Below, piece after piece: positions 56,534-64,000 of a stretch of DNA of 64,000 nucleotides; within the stretch, counting starts at the first letter, position 1, and each line of letters starts with the position of its first letter. Made by a program: the position numbers and the translations under genes. This DNA comes from the human T2T-CHM13v2.0 reference genome, Homo sapiens: assembly GCF_009914755.1 (NCBI RefSeq), contig NC_060940.1; one strand, given 5' to 3'. The notes beneath the pieces are model-generated. The model saw nothing but the letters and a program-made list of their open reading frames with translations. It had not been told where the DNA came from and did not search any database.

Positions 56534-56988
56534 AGGAAGGTGCTCCCTTCACACACCCAGGCTGGAGAGACACTGCGCTCAGGGACGGCTTGATGGTAGC
56601 CAGGACCTCCTCTCTACTGCGGGGGTGGGCGGGGGCGGAGGATGGGAACTGGCTAGTGAGCACTGAAATATAAATTCTGAATCCTCTCCTAACTCCCGAC
56701 TACTTCCTTCGCAGGGAGAGGCTGGGGCAGGGCCTTATGTCTTCTCCTAGTACAACCAAACAGGTACCTCCTTTTTTTTCTTTCTTTTTTTTTTTTTTTT
56801 GTAGAGTCAGGGTCTTGCTTTGTTGCCCAGGCTGGTCTTGAACTCCTGGGCTCAAGTGATCCTTCTGCCTCAACCTCCTGAGTAGTTGGGATTACACGTG
56901 TGAGCCACCACGCCCGGCCAGATACCTCCTAACACAGGCATCTCCCCGTCCCTCTCCCCAGGAGCCAGCACCAGTTTCTCAACTTAAC

Positions 56989-57007
56989 TTTATTTCAATA
57001 ATTTAAT
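56989..57007 (-). terminator. KCTD13 polyadenylation signals (AATAAA 56994-56989, ATTAAA 57007-57002)
   Basis: tttatt and tttaat on + strand ~500 nt past the KCTD13 stop. Confidence 0.75.
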
Positions 57008-57507
57008 AGAAAATTAAAATAATAAATAATATGAAACAGACTGATAACGCTGAGCTGGGCAGGCCCAGGCCAGTCTAGTACAAAGTTAAGGAGGTAGGGA
57101 GGATGGTGGGGAGGAGGGGGCGGACTACCCTGCAGGACGCGGGAGGCTGCTCAGACTGTGGTGATGTCAGGAAGGGCCGCACACTTTGGCATGGACGATG
57201 CACTAAAAAAAGAGAAAGGGAATTCTAAATCCCTCTTAACCAGCTGGAGAGGGAAGGACGCAGGGCCAGGGTGGGGACAAGTGTTGGCTTCGGAAGGCTC
57301 TGAGTGGTGGGGCCGGAATGTACCATGTTGTTAGCAATGGGGTTGGGATGGGTGGAGAAGGGCCAAAGTGAGCTGTGCCATGCAATGAAGGGACAGAGGA
57401 GGACCCACGACTTGGCCAGCAGAGCCGGGGCAAAAGTCTGGGAAGGGGAGGGAAAGAGAGAGGGACTGGGTCCCAAGGCAAGAGGAAGGCAGGGGGAGGG
57501 TCAGAGG

Positions 57508-62685
<5,178 letters not shown>

Positions 62686-63097
62686 CTGGGGAAGAAGCGG
62701 AAGGTGGTTAACAGCACAACCAAAGGCCACGTACTCCCCCACTTAAAAGCCTTCAAAAGCTGGTTGGGAACAACTCCAGACTCCTCAGTGGTCCGCAGGG
62801 CTCTGCAGGCTCCAAGCTCCGCCAACCTCTCTGCCACTCTCCCTTTGCTTGCTGGGCCTTGGTCCCACGGACACCTTGCTGCTTCACACATCCAGCTTGT
62901 GCCTGCCCCGGCCACTGGCTGTGCCCCTGCCCGGGATGCTTCTTTGCTCAGCTGTCAGCGTGGCGTGTCCGTCATGCCATTCAGATCGCAGGTCACACAG
63001 TGCCTCCTCAGGGCCAGCCCTCCCCAGCCCCCCTGGCTAAAACAGCCTCCTCTACATCCTGCCTTTTGTGTTATCAGTTTTCTTTTTCTTTTTTTGA

Positions 63098-63418
<321 letters not shown>

Positions 63419-63649
63419 TAACTTTTTGTATTTGTTTATGATCTGTCTCTTCCCACCTAGGAATAACTACCTAGTATACAGCTGATGCTCTGTATTTGTT
63501 GAATGAATGAACATATTTGTTGAGTGAATGAACTTCATTGGGTGGGATGACGTTGGAGAAAGAAATCTGAAGCAAACCCATGGGCTTCTTTCTCTTCTGT
63601 CTTCTAGAATCTTCATGCCAAAATCCCTCTCACTTCTCCCAACCTTGAA

Positions 63650-64000
63650 AACTCAATGCGCAATTCTAATACAAATTCCAGATTTGTTTTTTGCAGAAAC
63701 TCATAAGACTCTCTAAAATTAACAGAGAATAATAAATGTCTACAATTACTGAGGCCATTTTTTTTTTTTTTTTTTTTTTGAGACAGGGTCTTGCTGTCAT
63801 CCAGGCTGAGTGCAGTGGCATGACCACAGCTTACAGCAGCCTTGACCTCCTGGGCTCAAGCCATCCTCCCAAACTTAGGTCAGTTTTTAAAAATAAGAGC
63901 AAAGAGGAAAGGCCGACCCTGCCAGATATTAAGATAGGCTGCAAAGCCACAACAGTGAGAACGGTATCAGTTCGGGCACAGAAACAAAAATACCTGAGAA
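63650..64000 (+). mobile_element. Old L1 (L1M-type) ORF2 fragment with an Alu piece inserted
   Basis: caatgc..aattctaat.caaattcca...tctaaaatt...ccctgccagatattaaga...aaagccaca resembles the L1 ORF2 consensus. Confidence 0.6.

Overview
Human, Alu-saturated DNA that I recognise from the encoded proteins as part of the 16p11.2 gene cluster. From left to right: about 9 kb of repeat-rich intergenic DNA; CDIPT (minus strand, 6 coding exons, 213 aa); CDIPTOSP/CDIPT-AS1 (plus strand, head-to-head with CDIPT, a disabled multi-exon ORF); SEZ6L2 (minus strand, 18 coding exons, 923 aa, or 910 aa without a 39-nt cassette); ASPHD1 (plus strand, 3 coding exons, 390 aa, divergent from SEZ6L2); and the last four coding exons of KCTD13 (minus strand, tail-to-tail with ASPHD1). 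All exon boundaries were read by hand. They are GT-AG and phase-consistent, and for CDIPT, SEZ6L2 and ASPHD1 they sum to whole ORFs. Most of the remaining ORF-track entries are Alu-derived or antisense shadows. I cannot support a wholly new multi-gene system. The best leads are: (1) CDIPTOSP is one base in an A8 run away from an uninterrupted 5-exon, 159-aa ORF; (2) an Alu shares one target-site duplication with 83 nt of non-Alu DNA and a second poly-A tail, a candidate Alu 3' transduction; (3) a wide-spacer REST/RE1 element and a full CRE lie in the shared SEZ6L2/ASPHD1 promoter; (4) ASPHD1 has Arg where AspH-family enzymes have the first Fe-binding His; (5) an old degenerate ~16-nt minisatellite fills SEZ6L2 intron 6.
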